DNA from: Vectrevirus T147P1
Strand: one strand, 5' to 3'
Sequence record: OZ035797.1
DNA: 43,709 nt
The notes under the pieces were generated by a model. The model was not told where the DNA came from. It was given only the letters and a program-made list of their open reading frames with translations, and ran no database searches. How positions within the stretch are numbered: the stretch's first letter is position 1; the number at the start of each line of letters is the position of its first letter. Shown here one piece after another: positions 26,628 through 36,268 of the stretch. Position numbers and translations under genes: made by a program.

Positions 26628-27571
26628 ATATCTTCCAATTCCTAGGCCTTCCAGAAGGCCACCGCAACCACCCATTCATGCTGGTGAAGCATCGCGGTGA
26701 AGTACCTGAGAAGAAACTAACATTTCCATGTTATGCACAGGTGAAACGAGATGGTATCTTTTCTGCTGTTGTTGTTCGCACTGATGGTGTCGTTGGCATT
26801 TTTGGTCGCACTGGTAAGAAACTGGCAAACACTGAAGGCCTCGAACAAACATTTGCTACCTTTCCGGTTGGCATTTATCTTGGTGAGCTTCAGTCTATGG
26901 CCATTGATATCTACCTTGAGGCAATCTCTGGGGTTGTGAACCCTAATCGCACTGAGCCACTTGATTTCATAGGCCAGCAGATTAAAGACAACCTGTATAT
27001 CGACTTCTTCGATATGTTAACTATTAAGGCATTCCATGATGGATTCACTGATGTTTCTTATCTCAAACGTTACGATGCTTTACATCGCCGCATCGGCGCT
27101 CATCTTAGCGGGTACAACGCTATCCTTCCTATTACTCCTTGCCATAATGAGCGAGAAGTTGAAGCGTTTGCGCAAGAGCAGATAGACGCAGGCCGAGAAG
27201 GTGCTGTGTTTAAACTGGACTGTGATTATGAAGCAGGACATAAAGGTTATCGTCAGACTAAAGAAGTCCGTAAGGTAACTTATGACCTTACTTGTATTGG
27301 CTTTGAAGAAGGTAAAGGCAAATACAAAGGTAAGGTAGCTAACCTCATTTTCAAATGGAAAGGAGGCAAGACAATCAAAGCTATGTTAGGTAAGGGGTGG
27401 ACTCATGCAGATGCAGAACAGATGTTCCACGACATTAAACATGGTGGACGATTGAATGTCATTGGTAAAATCTTTGAAGTCAAAGGTCTTCAGGATTCAA
27501 GCAAGGGCAACATTCGTCTGCCCAAAGCGGGAGAATTAAGACATGACAAAGATGAACCAGATTTCTTTTGA
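26624..27571 (+). CDS. ATP-dependent DNA ligase (T7 gp1.3-like)
   Basis: 315 aa; adenylation motif KRDG in YAQVKRDGIF; size and fold pattern of small phage ligases. Confidence 0.7.
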   Translation: MNIFQFLGLPEGHRNHPFMLVKHRGEVPEKKLTFPCYAQVKRDGIFSAVVVRTDGVVGIFGRTGKKLANTEGLEQTFATFPVGIYLGELQSMAIDIYLEAISGVVNPNRTEPLDFIGQQIKDNLYIDFFDMLTIKAFHDGFTDVSYLKRYDALHRRIGAHLSGYNAILPITPCHNEREVEAFAQEQIDAGREGAVFKLDCDYEAGHKGYRQTKEVRKVTYDLTCIGFEEGKGKYKGKVANLIFKWKGGKTIKAMLGKGWTHADAEQMFHDIKHGGRLNVIGKIFEVKGLQDSSKGNIRLPKAGELRHDKDEPDFF

Positions 27572-27758
27572 TAGCATGAAGGCAACTCGTGCAGTTGAGG
27601 TAGCAGAAGCTATCTTTGAAACTTTATCCTGTGGCATGGAAGTGCCATATACTTTACTTGCTGATGCAGAAGAACTTGGTCTTTCTGTAGAAGCTATCCA
27701 AGAGAAGGTTGACGAATTATATGGTACAGACGAAGAAGAAACCGACGATTTCATTTGA
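27543..27758 (+). CDS. hypothetical acidic protein
   Basis: 71-aa ORF overlapping the ligase 3' end. Confidence 0.45.
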   Translation: MTKMNQISFDSMKATRAVEVAEAIFETLSCGMEVPYTLLADAEELGLSVEAIQEKVDELYGTDEEETDDFI

Positions 27759-27762
27759 AGGA

Positions 27763-27891
27763 ATGGAGATGCTTGAGATTATTCTCAAGCCTTCTTCTCC
27801 GAAGGTGACTAAGACTCATGAAGAGTTAATCGTTGATGAAGTGAAGCGTTACATCATGGATTGTGTCAGAGCACAACTGGTGGTCCAATGA
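27763..27891 (+). CDS. hypothetical small protein (42 aa)
   Basis: ATG at 27763 after GAAGGA; stop overlaps the acetyltransferase start (ATGA). Confidence 0.3.
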   Translation: MEMLEIILKPSSPKVTKTHEELIVDEVKRYIMDCVRAQLVVQ

Positions 27892-28349
27892 TACGTCCAG
27901 CTTCCTTCCTAGATATTCCTGAGATTATAAACCTTGGGAATAAATATGTGGAAGAGGAAGTCAAGGTTGTAGCACACCACTCAGCCTCATGGAATGCAGA
28001 ACAAAGTGCACATAACCTTTGTGCATCTCTTAGTAGAGAAGATTTATTCCTATGGGTTGCTGTAGATGAAGGGCAGATTGTAGGGTTCCTGTGGGCTGGC
28101 TATCACGAGTTGGCACCTTGGACACCTGTAAGAGTTGCCTCTGACATTCTCTTTTATATTATACCAGAGAGGCGAGGAACACTACTTGGTATGCGTCTCA
28201 TCAAAGCCCTAAAGCAATGGGCCAATGAGAATGAATGCTCTGAAGTTCGTCTATCTATCGCCTCTGGTATCAATGAAGAACGTGTCGGACGTATGTATAA
28301 GCGACTTGGCTTTGAACCGTTTGGCACTGTGTACAACCTGAAGTTCTAA
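27888..28349 (+). CDS. GNAT-family N-acetyltransferase
   Basis: ATG at 27888; motif-A-like RRGTLLGMRLIKAL and C-terminal YKRLGFEP are typical of the GNAT fold. Confidence 0.6.
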   Translation: MIRPASFLDIPEIINLGNKYVEEEVKVVAHHSASWNAEQSAHNLCASLSREDLFLWVAVDEGQIVGFLWAGYHELAPWTPVRVASDILFYIIPERRGTLLGMRLIKALKQWANENECSEVRLSIASGINEERVGRMYKRLGFEPFGTVYNLKF

Positions 28350-28358
28350 GGAGATAAC

Positions 28359-28568
28359 ATGGGTGTTGTAAAGAAAGCATTTAAGGCTATCGGTCTTGCT
28401 CAAGATGCACCACGTATTGAAGCGAAAGTGCCAGCACAGCAGCTTGAGCGTAAGCCAGAGACTGAAGCTGAAGATATTCAGATTGGTGCAGGAGATGATG
28501 ATGCTACTGCATCTGCAAAAGGCAAGCGTGGCCTTGTCCGTCCTGTAGCTTCTAGCTTGAAGGTGTGA
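28359..28568 (+). CDS. small virion-associated protein candidate (gp6.7/7.3-like by position)
   Basis: 69-aa ORF after AAGGAGATAAC immediately upstream of portal; Ala/Lys-rich. Confidence 0.4.
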   Translation: MGVVKKAFKAIGLAQDAPRIEAKVPAQQLERKPETEAEDIQIGAGDDDATASAKGKRGLVRPVASSLKV

Positions 28569-28569
28569 T

Positions 28570-30120
28570 ATGAAACAGAGCACAGATTTGGAGTATGGAG
28601 GTAAGAGATCTAAGATACCTAAGCTATGGGAGAAGTTCTCCAATAAACGTAGCTCTTTCCTTGATAGGGCGAAGCATTACTCCAAATTAACCTTGCCCTA
28701 TCTGATGAATGACAAAGGTGATAACGAGACTTCGCAGAATGGATGGCAAGGTGTAGGTGCTCAGGCAACCAACCATCTAGCCAACAAGCTAGCGCAAGTA
28801 CTATTCCCTGCACAGCGTTCCTTCTTCCGTGTAGACTTAACTGCACAAGGTGAGAAGGTTCTTAATCAGCGTGGCCTGAAGAAGACAGAGCTAGCTACCA
28901 TCTTCGCTCAAGTGGAAACACGGGCAATGAAAGAGTTAGAGCAACGTCAATTCCGGCCTGCTGTAGTAGAAGCATTTAAGCATCTTATTGTTGCTGGCAG
29001 CTGTATGCTATACAAGCCGAGCAAAGGTGCAATCAGTGCTATCCCAATGCATCACTACGTAGTTAACCGTGATACCAATGGCGACCTGTTAGACATTATC
29101 TTGCTACAAGAGAAAGCCTTACGTACCTTTGACCCAGCTACACGTGCTGTAGTAGAGGTTGGCCTGAAAGGTAAGAAGTGCAAGGAAGATGACAGCGTTA
29201 AGCTGTACACACATGCTAAGTATCTTGGTGATGGATTTTGGGAACTCAAGCAATCTGCTGATGATATCCCTGTGGGTAAGGTGAGTAAAATCAAATCAGA
29301 AAAGCTACCTTTCATCCCATTAACTTGGAAGCGAAGCTATGGTGAGGATTGGGGTCGCCCTCTTGCAGAGGATTACTCCGGTGATTTATTCGTTATCCAA
29401 TTCTTATCTGAAGCGGTTGCCCGTGGTGCTGCGCTGATGGCAGATATCAAGTACCTGATTCGTCCGGGTGCTCAAACTGATGTTGACCACTTTGTTAACT
29501 CTGGCACTGGTGAGGTTGTCACTGGTGTAGAAGAAGACATCCATATTGTACAGTTAGGTAAGTATGCAGACCTCACACCTATTAGCGCGGTTCTAGAGGT
29601 ATACACTCGCCGTATCGGTGTTGTCTTCATGATGGAGACAATGACACGCCGTGACGCCGAACGTGTTACTGCTGTAGAAATCCAGCGAGATGCGTTAGAG
29701 ATTGAGCAGAACATGGGCGGTGTATACTCCCTCTTTGCTACTACTATGCAATCGCCAGTAGCGATGTGGGGTCTGCTGGAGGCAGGGGAGTCCTTCACTA
29801 GTGACCTAGTGGACCCTGTGATTATCACAGGTATTGAAGCTTTAGGACGCATGGCTGAGTTGGATAAACTGGCTAACTTTGCTCAGTATATGTCACTGCC
29901 ATTACAATGGCCTGAGCCTGTCCTAGCTGCTGTGAAATGGCCTGACTATATGGATTGGGTGCGTGGTCAAATCTCTGCTGAACTGCCGTTCCTTAAATCA
30001 GCTGAAGAGATGGCACAAGAACAGGAAGCACAGATGCAAGCACAGCAAGCACAGATGCTTGAAGAAGGTGTGGCTAAGGCCGTGCCGGGTGTAATTCAAC
30101 AAGAACTTAAGGAGGCGTAA
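28570..30120 (+). CDS. portal (head-to-tail connector) protein, gp8-like
   Basis: 516 aa; QGWQGVGAQATNHLANKLAQVLFPAQ and AVEIQRDALEIEQNMGGVYS align with T7 gp8 segments as recalled. Confidence 0.95.
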   Translation: MKQSTDLEYGGKRSKIPKLWEKFSNKRSSFLDRAKHYSKLTLPYLMNDKGDNETSQNGWQGVGAQATNHLANKLAQVLFPAQRSFFRVDLTAQGEKVLNQRGLKKTELATIFAQVETRAMKELEQRQFRPAVVEAFKHLIVAGSCMLYKPSKGAISAIPMHHYVVNRDTNGDLLDIILLQEKALRTFDPATRAVVEVGLKGKKCKEDDSVKLYTHAKYLGDGFWELKQSADDIPVGKVSKIKSEKLPFIPLTWKRSYGEDWGRPLAEDYSGDLFVIQFLSEAVARGAALMADIKYLIRPGAQTDVDHFVNSGTGEVVTGVEEDIHIVQLGKYADLTPISAVLEVYTRRIGVVFMMETMTRRDAERVTAVEIQRDALEIEQNMGGVYSLFATTMQSPVAMWGLLEAGESFTSDLVDPVIITGIEALGRMAELDKLANFAQYMSLPLQWPEPVLAAVKWPDYMDWVRGQISAELPFLKSAEEMAQEQEAQMQAQQAQMLEEGVAKAVPGVIQQELKEA

Positions 30121-31040
30121 TGTCTTTCTCATTTACTGAACCGTCAACCACTCACCCTACTACTGAAGAGGGTCCGGTAGAAACCAAGGAGGTAACAACT
30201 GATGCTGCTACTACTGATGCTACTGCTGACGCTGGCACTGCTGTACAAGATGACAATGCTGGTGCACAACCTACTGAAGACACCGGAGGAGAAGCTTCTG
30301 GACAGCCTTCAGAAAAAGGAGACAATGACGGAGAGAATGGTGAATCTAAGCCAGATGATACCGCGACCGACACTGAGGAAGTGCAATACTTCTTCGGAGA
30401 ACATGAAGTAACAATAGACATCCCACAGGATGTAACTGACAGCCTTAAAGAGAAAGGCATTGATGCCAAGCAGGTTGCCAAGGAACTATATTCCAAAGGT
30501 GGCAAGTTTGAACTGTCAGATGCAACCAAGCAGAAATTGTATGATGCTTTTGGCAAGTTTGCGGTAGATGCTTACCTGTCAGGTCTTAAGGCTCAAAATG
30601 AAGCCTTCTTCCTGAAAGAAGCCAACGCAGCTAAAGAGTTGGAAGCAGCTAACACCCAACGCTTCTCTGATGTTTCTAAGGAAATTGGTGGCGAAGAAGG
30701 TTGGTCCCGTCTTGAGGAGTGGGCGCTTGAAACGCTATCCGATGACGAACTCACGGCATTCAATGCTGTGATGGAGTCTGGCAACCAGTACCTCCAGCAG
30801 TACGCTGTGCGTGAACTGGAGAGCCGCCGTAAGGCTGCACAGGGTGATGATAGGCCATCCCTGATTGAGCCATCAGCACCTGCTAAGGCTAATGAAGAGA
30901 ATGGCCCACTGACGCGAGATCAGTACGTTCAAGCAATCGCAACTCTTAGCCAGAAGTACGGCAATGACCGTAAAGCTATGGCAGAAGCTCAGGCTAAACT
31001 GGACGCCCGTCGCCGTGCTGGCATGGCTCGCGGTATCTAA
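30120..31040 (+). CDS. capsid assembly (scaffolding) protein, gp9-like
   Basis: 306 aa, highly acidic low-complexity N-terminus; between portal and major capsid genes. Confidence 0.8.
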   Translation: MSFSFTEPSTTHPTTEEGPVETKEVTTDAATTDATADAGTAVQDDNAGAQPTEDTGGEASGQPSEKGDNDGENGESKPDDTATDTEEVQYFFGEHEVTIDIPQDVTDSLKEKGIDAKQVAKELYSKGGKFELSDATKQKLYDAFGKFAVDAYLSGLKAQNEAFFLKEANAAKELEAANTQRFSDVSKEIGGEEGWSRLEEWALETLSDDELTAFNAVMESGNQYLQQYAVRELESRRKAAQGDDRPSLIEPSAPAKANEENGPLTRDQYVQAIATLSQKYGNDRKAMAEAQAKLDARRRAGMARGI

Positions 31041-31046
31041 TTCAGT

Positions 31047-31069
31047 ATTTACTGGACACTATAGAAGGG
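31047..31069 (+). promoter_or_regulatory. phage RNAP promoter upstream of the capsid gene (phi10-like)
   Basis: ATTTACTGGACACTATAGAAGGG exact consensus; downstream strong SD TAAGGAGA. Confidence 0.8.
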
Positions 31070-31119
31070 AGAAAAGTTCTCCCTAGTTATCAATTTGATT
31101 TATAAGGAGATTATAATAC

Positions 31120-32328
31120 ATGTCTACACCGAATACTCTGACTAACGTTGCTGTATCTGCATCCGGTGAGGTTGACAGCCTTCTCATTGAGAAGTTTAAT
31201 GGTAAGGTCAATGAGCAGTACCTGAAAGGTGAGAACATTCTGTCCTACTTTGATGTACAAACTGTTACTGGCACTAACACAGTGAGCAACAAATATTTGG
31301 GCGAAACTGAGTTGCAGGTGCTAGCACCGGGTCAGTCTCCTAATGCCACCCCTACTCAGGCGGATAAAAACCAGTTGGTAATTGATACCACTGTCATTGC
31401 TCGTAACACTGTGGCTCACATCCACGATGTACAAGGTGACATCGATAGCCTGAAACCAAAACTGGCTATGAACCAAGCCAAGCAACTGAAACGTCTGGAA
31501 GACCAGATGGCAATTCAGCAGATGCTGTTAGGCGGTATTGCTAACACCAAGGCCAAACGTAACAAGCCGCGTGTTAAAGGGCATGGCTTCTCTATCAACG
31601 TTAACGTAACTGAGAGTGAAGCACTGGCTAACCCTCAGTATGTTATGGCTGCGGTAGAGTATGCTCTGGAGCAACAGCTTGAGCAGGAAGTGGACATCTC
31701 TGATGTAGCTATCATGATGCCGTGGAAGTTCTTCAATGCTCTGCGTGATGCAGACCGAATTGTAGATAAGACTTACACTATCAGCCAGTCTGGTGCAACC
31801 ATTAATGGCTTCGTTCTCTCTTCTTATAACTGCCCTGTGATCCCGTCTAACCGATTCCCTACCTTCGCTCAGAATCAGGCTCACCACCTGTTGTCTAATG
31901 AAGATAACGGCTATCGTTATGACCCTATCGCAGAGATGAATGGTGCAGTTGCTGTTCTGTTCACTGCCGACGCACTGCTGGTGGGTCGTACCATTGAAGT
32001 GACTGGTGACATCTTCTATGAGAAGAAAGAGAAGACTTATTACATTGACACCTTCATGGCTGAGGGTGCAATCCCTGACCGTTGGGAAGCAGTGTCTGTA
32101 GTTACCACTAAACGTAATGCAACTACTGGTGCTGCTGAAGGTTCTGGTGATGATCACGCAACCGTACTGGCTCGTGCACAGCGTAAGGCTGTATATGTCA
32201 AAACCGAAGGTGCTGCGGCTGCATTCTCTGCTGCCCCAGCAGGTATCCAAGCGGAAGACCTTGTAGCGGCGGTACGTGCTGTAATGGCAAATGACATCAA
32301 GCCGACTGCAATGAAACCTGCTGAGTAA
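31120..32328 (+). CDS. major capsid protein, gp10-like
   Basis: 402 aa; strong promoter and SD upstream, hairpin terminator downstream; position after scaffold. Confidence 0.85.
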   Translation: MSTPNTLTNVAVSASGEVDSLLIEKFNGKVNEQYLKGENILSYFDVQTVTGTNTVSNKYLGETELQVLAPGQSPNATPTQADKNQLVIDTTVIARNTVAHIHDVQGDIDSLKPKLAMNQAKQLKRLEDQMAIQQMLLGGIANTKAKRNKPRVKGHGFSINVNVTESEALANPQYVMAAVEYALEQQLEQEVDISDVAIMMPWKFFNALRDADRIVDKTYTISQSGATINGFVLSSYNCPVIPSNRFPTFAQNQAHHLLSNEDNGYRYDPIAEMNGAVAVLFTADALLVGRTIEVTGDIFYEKKEKTYYIDTFMAEGAIPDRWEAVSVVTTKRNATTGAAEGSGDDHATVLARAQRKAVYVKTEGAAAAFSAAPAGIQAEDLVAAVRAVMANDIKPTAMKPAE

Positions 32329-32335
32329 TACCTAT

Positions 32336-32370
32336 GCCCTATCTACCTTGCGTAGGTAGGGTTATTTTTG
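32336..32370 (+). terminator. phage late terminator after the capsid gene (Tphi-like)
   Basis: CCCTATCTAC-CTTGC-GTAGGTAGGG hairpin followed by TTATTTTTG. Confidence 0.7.
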
Positions 32371-32382
32371 TTAGGAGGATTC

Positions 32383-33120
32383 ATGCCTGTAATTAGACAA
32401 ACCAGTAAAGTAGGACACATGATGGAAGATGTGGCCTTCCAGATTATTGATAGTAAACTTGAAGCGGTCAACCTGTGTATGCGAGCTATTGGTCGTGAGG
32501 GTGTGGATTCTCTCGACTCAGGGGACTTGGACGCAGAAGATGCAAGCAAGATGATCGACATCGTATCCCAGCGGTTCCAGTACAACAAAGGAGGTGGCTG
32601 GTGGTTCAATCGTGAACCAAATTGGCAGATTGCACCTGATACCAATGGTGAAGTCAATTTACCTAACAACTGCCTAGCAGTATTGCAGTGTTACGCTTTA
32701 GGTGAAAAGAAAGTACCTATGACTATGCGAGCAGGTAAGCTCTACTCTACTTGGAGTCACACCTTTGATATGCGTAAGCATGTTAATGCTAATGGTATGA
32801 TTCGTCTTACCTTACTCACCTTACTACCCTACGAGCATTTACCTACAAGTGTAATGCAGGCTATTGCCTATCAAGCTGCTGTAGAGTTTATTGTGTCTAA
32901 GGATGCAGATCAGACTAAGCTAGCCACTGCGCAGCAGATAGCCACTCAGCTTCTTATGGATGTACAATCTGAGCAAATGTCACAGAAGCGATTAAACATG
33001 CTGGTACATAACCCCACTCAGCGTCAGTTTGGTATCATGGCTGGTGGCTCTCAGAATGTACCTGCTTACTCTCATTCACCTTATGAGAGTTGGGCGCTCC
33101 GTCCGTGGGAGGATCGTTAA
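32383..33120 (+). CDS. tail tubular protein A, gp11-like
   Basis: ATG at 32383 after AGGAGG; 245 aa; between capsid and tail tubular B. Confidence 0.7.
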   Translation: MPVIRQTSKVGHMMEDVAFQIIDSKLEAVNLCMRAIGREGVDSLDSGDLDAEDASKMIDIVSQRFQYNKGGGWWFNREPNWQIAPDTNGEVNLPNNCLAVLQCYALGEKKVPMTMRAGKLYSTWSHTFDMRKHVNANGMIRLTLLTLLPYEHLPTSVMQAIAYQAAVEFIVSKDADQTKLATAQQIATQLLMDVQSEQMSQKRLNMLVHNPTQRQFGIMAGGSQNVPAYSHSPYESWALRPWEDR

Positions 33121-35522
33121 TGGAAGTACAAGGTTCATTAGGTAGACAAATCCAAGGGATTAGCCAGCAGCCGCCAGCGGTACGCTTGGATGGTCAGTGC
33201 ACAGCTATGGTTAATATGATACCTGATGTAGTGAATGGTACTCAATCACGCATGGGTACAACTCATATTGCAAAGATACTTGATGCGGGGACTGATGACA
33301 TGGCTACTCATCATTATCGCAGAGGTGATGGTGATGAAGAGTATTTCTTCACGTTGAAGAAAGGACAAGTTCCTGAGATATTTGATAAGTATGGGCGCAA
33401 ATGTAATGTGACTTCACAAGATGCACCTATGACTTACTTAACTGAAGTAGTCAACCCAAGGGAAGATGTGCAATTTATGACTATTGCAGATGTAACCTTT
33501 ATGCTTAATCGAAGAAAGGTAGTTAAAGCTCGTACTGATAAATCACCAAAGGTTGGAAATAAGGCGATTGTCTTCTGCGCCTATGGCCAATATGGGACTA
33601 CTTATAAAATTATAATTGATGGCAATGTAGCAGCTACACGTACCACCCCTGACGGTGGTGAAGCGGGTCAAGTTGTAAATATAAGAACAGAAGACATTAC
33701 AAACCACCTTTATGATAGTTTACAGCAATGGAGTGGTATTAATGCCTACAACATCCAGAAAGATGGAACAAGTATCTTTATTGAAAAGAAAGATGGTAGC
33801 TCTTTTAATATTACTACAGAAGATGGTGCAAAAGGTAAGGACTTAGTAGCCATAAAGAACCGTGTAGCCTCTACCGACCTTCTACCCTCCCGTGCACCTG
33901 AAGGTTACAAAGTGCAAGTATGGCCTACTGGAAGTAAACCGGAGTCACGTTATTGGCTGGAAGCAGAGCCAAAAGAGGGGAATTTAGTATCATGGCAAGA
34001 GACAGTAGCGGCGGATGTTTTACTTGGCTTTGATAAAGGGACCATGCCGTATATTATTGAGCGTACAGGTATCATTGATGGTATTGCTCAATTTAAGATT
34101 AGGCAGGGTGACTGGGAAGACCGCAAGGTGGGGGATGACCTCACTAACCCTATGCCGTCTTTCATTGATGAAGAAGTTCCTCAGACAATTGGCGGAATGT
34201 TCATGGTGCAGAACCGTTTATGCTTTACAGCAGGTGAAGCTGTCATTGCATCACGCACTTCCTACTTCTTTGATTTCTTTCGTTATACGGTTATCTCTGC
34301 ATTGGCAACTGACCCATTTGATATTTTCTCAGATGCTAGTGAAGTCTACCAGTTAAAACATGCAGTGACCTTAGATGGCGCTACCGTGTTGTTCTCTGAT
34401 AAGTCACAATTCATACTGCCAGGCGATAAGTCTTTAGAGAAGTCAAATGCACTGCTTAAGCCTGTTACAACATTTGAAGTGAACAATAAAGTGAAGCCAG
34501 TAGTAACTGGTGAATCGGTAATGTTTGCCACTAATGATGGTTCTTACTCTGGTGTACGAGAGTTCTATACAGACTCTTATAGTGACACTAAGAAGGCACA
34601 AGCAATCACAAGTCATGTGAATAAACTCATCGAAGGTAACATTACCAACATGGCAGCAAGCACCAATGTCAACAGGTTACTTGTCACTACCGATAAGTAT
34701 CGTAACATAATCTACTGCTACGATTGGTTATGGCAAGGAACAGACCGTGTACAATCAGCATGGCATGTATGGAAGTGGCCTATAGGTACAAAGGTGCGAG
34801 GTATGTTTTATTCTGGTGAATTACTTTACCTGCTCCTTGAGAGAGGAGATGGCGTATATCTGGAGAAGATGGACATGGGTGATGCACTAACCTACGGTTT
34901 GAATGACCGCATCAGAATGGATAGGCAAGCAGAGTTAGTCTTCAAGTATTTTAAAGCAGAAGATGAATGGGTGTCTGAACCTCTTCCTTGGACCCCTACT
35001 AACCCAGAGCTTTTGGATTGCATCTTAATAGAAGGATGGGATTCATATATTGGTGGTTCTTTCCTATTCAAATACAACCACGGTGATAACACCTTGTCTA
35101 CAACCTTTGATATGCATGATGATAGCCACGTAAAAGCGAAGGTTATTGTTGGTCAGATTTACCCTCAAGAGTTTGAACCAACACCTGTAGTTATCAGAGA
35201 TAGGCAAGACCGTGTATCCTATATTGATGTACCTGTTGTGGGATTAGTTCACCTTAATCTTGATATGTATCCTGATTTCTCCGTGGAGGTTAAGAATGTG
35301 AAGAGTGGTAAAGTACGCAGGGTGCTAGCGTCAAACCGTATAGGTGGTGCTCTCAACAATACAGTAGGTTATGTTGAACCAAGAGAAGGTGTCTTCAGAT
35401 TCCCACTGAGAGCTAAGAGTACGGATGCTGTTTATCGTATTATTGTAGAATCACCTCACACATTCCAGCTTCGTGATATTGAGTGGGAAGGGAGCTACAA
35501 TCCAACCAAAAGGAGGGTCTAA
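33120..35522 (+). CDS. tail tubular protein B, gp12-like
   Basis: ATG overlaps the gp11 stop; ~800 aa; N-terminal GISQQP motif as in T7 gp12. Confidence 0.9.
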   Translation: MEVQGSLGRQIQGISQQPPAVRLDGQCTAMVNMIPDVVNGTQSRMGTTHIAKILDAGTDDMATHHYRRGDGDEEYFFTLKKGQVPEIFDKYGRKCNVTSQDAPMTYLTEVVNPREDVQFMTIADVTFMLNRRKVVKARTDKSPKVGNKAIVFCAYGQYGTTYKIIIDGNVAATRTTPDGGEAGQVVNIRTEDITNHLYDSLQQWSGINAYNIQKDGTSIFIEKKDGSSFNITTEDGAKGKDLVAIKNRVASTDLLPSRAPEGYKVQVWPTGSKPESRYWLEAEPKEGNLVSWQETVAADVLLGFDKGTMPYIIERTGIIDGIAQFKIRQGDWEDRKVGDDLTNPMPSFIDEEVPQTIGGMFMVQNRLCFTAGEAVIASRTSYFFDFFRYTVISALATDPFDIFSDASEVYQLKHAVTLDGATVLFSDKSQFILPGDKSLEKSNALLKPVTTFEVNNKVKPVVTGESVMFATNDGSYSGVREFYTDSYSDTKKAQAITSHVNKLIEGNITNMAASTNVNRLLVTTDKYRNIIYCYDWLWQGTDRVQSAWHVWKWPIGTKVRGMFYSGELLYLLLERGDGVYLEKMDMGDALTYGLNDRIRMDRQAELVFKYFKAEDEWVSEPLPWTPTNPELLDCILIEGWDSYIGGSFLFKYNHGDNTLSTTFDMHDDSHVKAKVIVGQIYPQEFEPTPVVIRDRQDRVSYIDVPVVGLVHLNLDMYPDFSVEVKNVKSGKVRRVLASNRIGGALNNTVGYVEPREGVFRFPLRAKSTDAVYRIIVESPHTFQLRDIEWEGSYNPTKRRV

Positions 35523-36268
35523 TGGCTATAGGTTCAGCCGTTATGGCTGGTATGTCTTCTATTGGTAGTATGTTTGCAGGTAGCGGTGCAGCCGCCGCTG
35601 CTGGTGGTACTGCCGCAGCAGCAGGAGGGACAGCCGCCGCAGGTGGCGGAGGTTTGCTTGGCTCCCTTGGTAGTTTCTTAGGAGGTACTTCTGCTGGCTT
35701 CTCTAATGCAGGACTGCTTAGTGCAGGTATGCAAGGTCTTGGTCTTCTAGGCAATCTTTTTGGTGGAAGTGATGAAGCCAAAGCTATGAAGAAAGCTCAG
35801 GAGGAGCAATGGCGGCAGCAGTTAATTGCTACACAAGAAGCATATAAGACAGTGGCAGATGCAGAACGCTCTGCTGCTAAACAGTATCATGCGGATGCAA
35901 TAAGCAATCAGGCTTCACTGCTACAGCAAAGAGCGCAGGTTGCACTACTTGCAGGTGCAACTGGCACTGGTGGTAACTCTGTATCTTCTATGCTGAATGA
36001 CTTAGCAGCAGAGGGCGGGAGGAACCAGAGTACAATTATTGATAACTATGAGAATCAGAAGATTAACTTCACCAATCAGCTTAAGTCTATCCAGCGAGGT
36101 GGACAGATGCAGATGCGTGAGTTTAAGAAGCCTTCTGCCGTGAGCACCTTGGTGCAAGGTATACCGAGTCTGGCATCTGCCTATGTAACAGGTAGTAAGT
36201 CCGGCATGGCTTTAGGTAAAGCTTTAACTGATTCTCGTACATATTCATCTGGAACAAGAGGTATTTAA
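35522..36268 (+). CDS. internal virion protein (gp14-like)
   Basis: ATG at 35522 after AAGGAGGG; Gly/Ala-rich hydrophobic N-terminus; position before the large internal virion proteins. Confidence 0.55.
   Translation: MAIGSAVMAGMSSIGSMFAGSGAAAAAGGTAAAAGGTAAAGGGGLLGSLGSFLGGTSAGFSNAGLLSAGMQGLGLLGNLFGGSDEAKAMKKAQEEQWRQQLIATQEAYKTVADAERSAAKQYHADAISNQASLLQQRAQVALLAGATGTGGNSVSSMLNDLAAEGGRNQSTIIDNYENQKINFTNQLKSIQRGGQMQMREFKKPSAVSTLVQGIPSLASAYVTGSKSGMALGKALTDSRTYSSGTRGI

Noticed and set aside
31120-32370. Programmed frameshift extension of the capsid gene, as in T7 gp10A/10B
   Set aside because: The terminator hairpin begins 8 nt after the capsid stop and no extended alternative frame or obvious slippery site is present at the 3' end.
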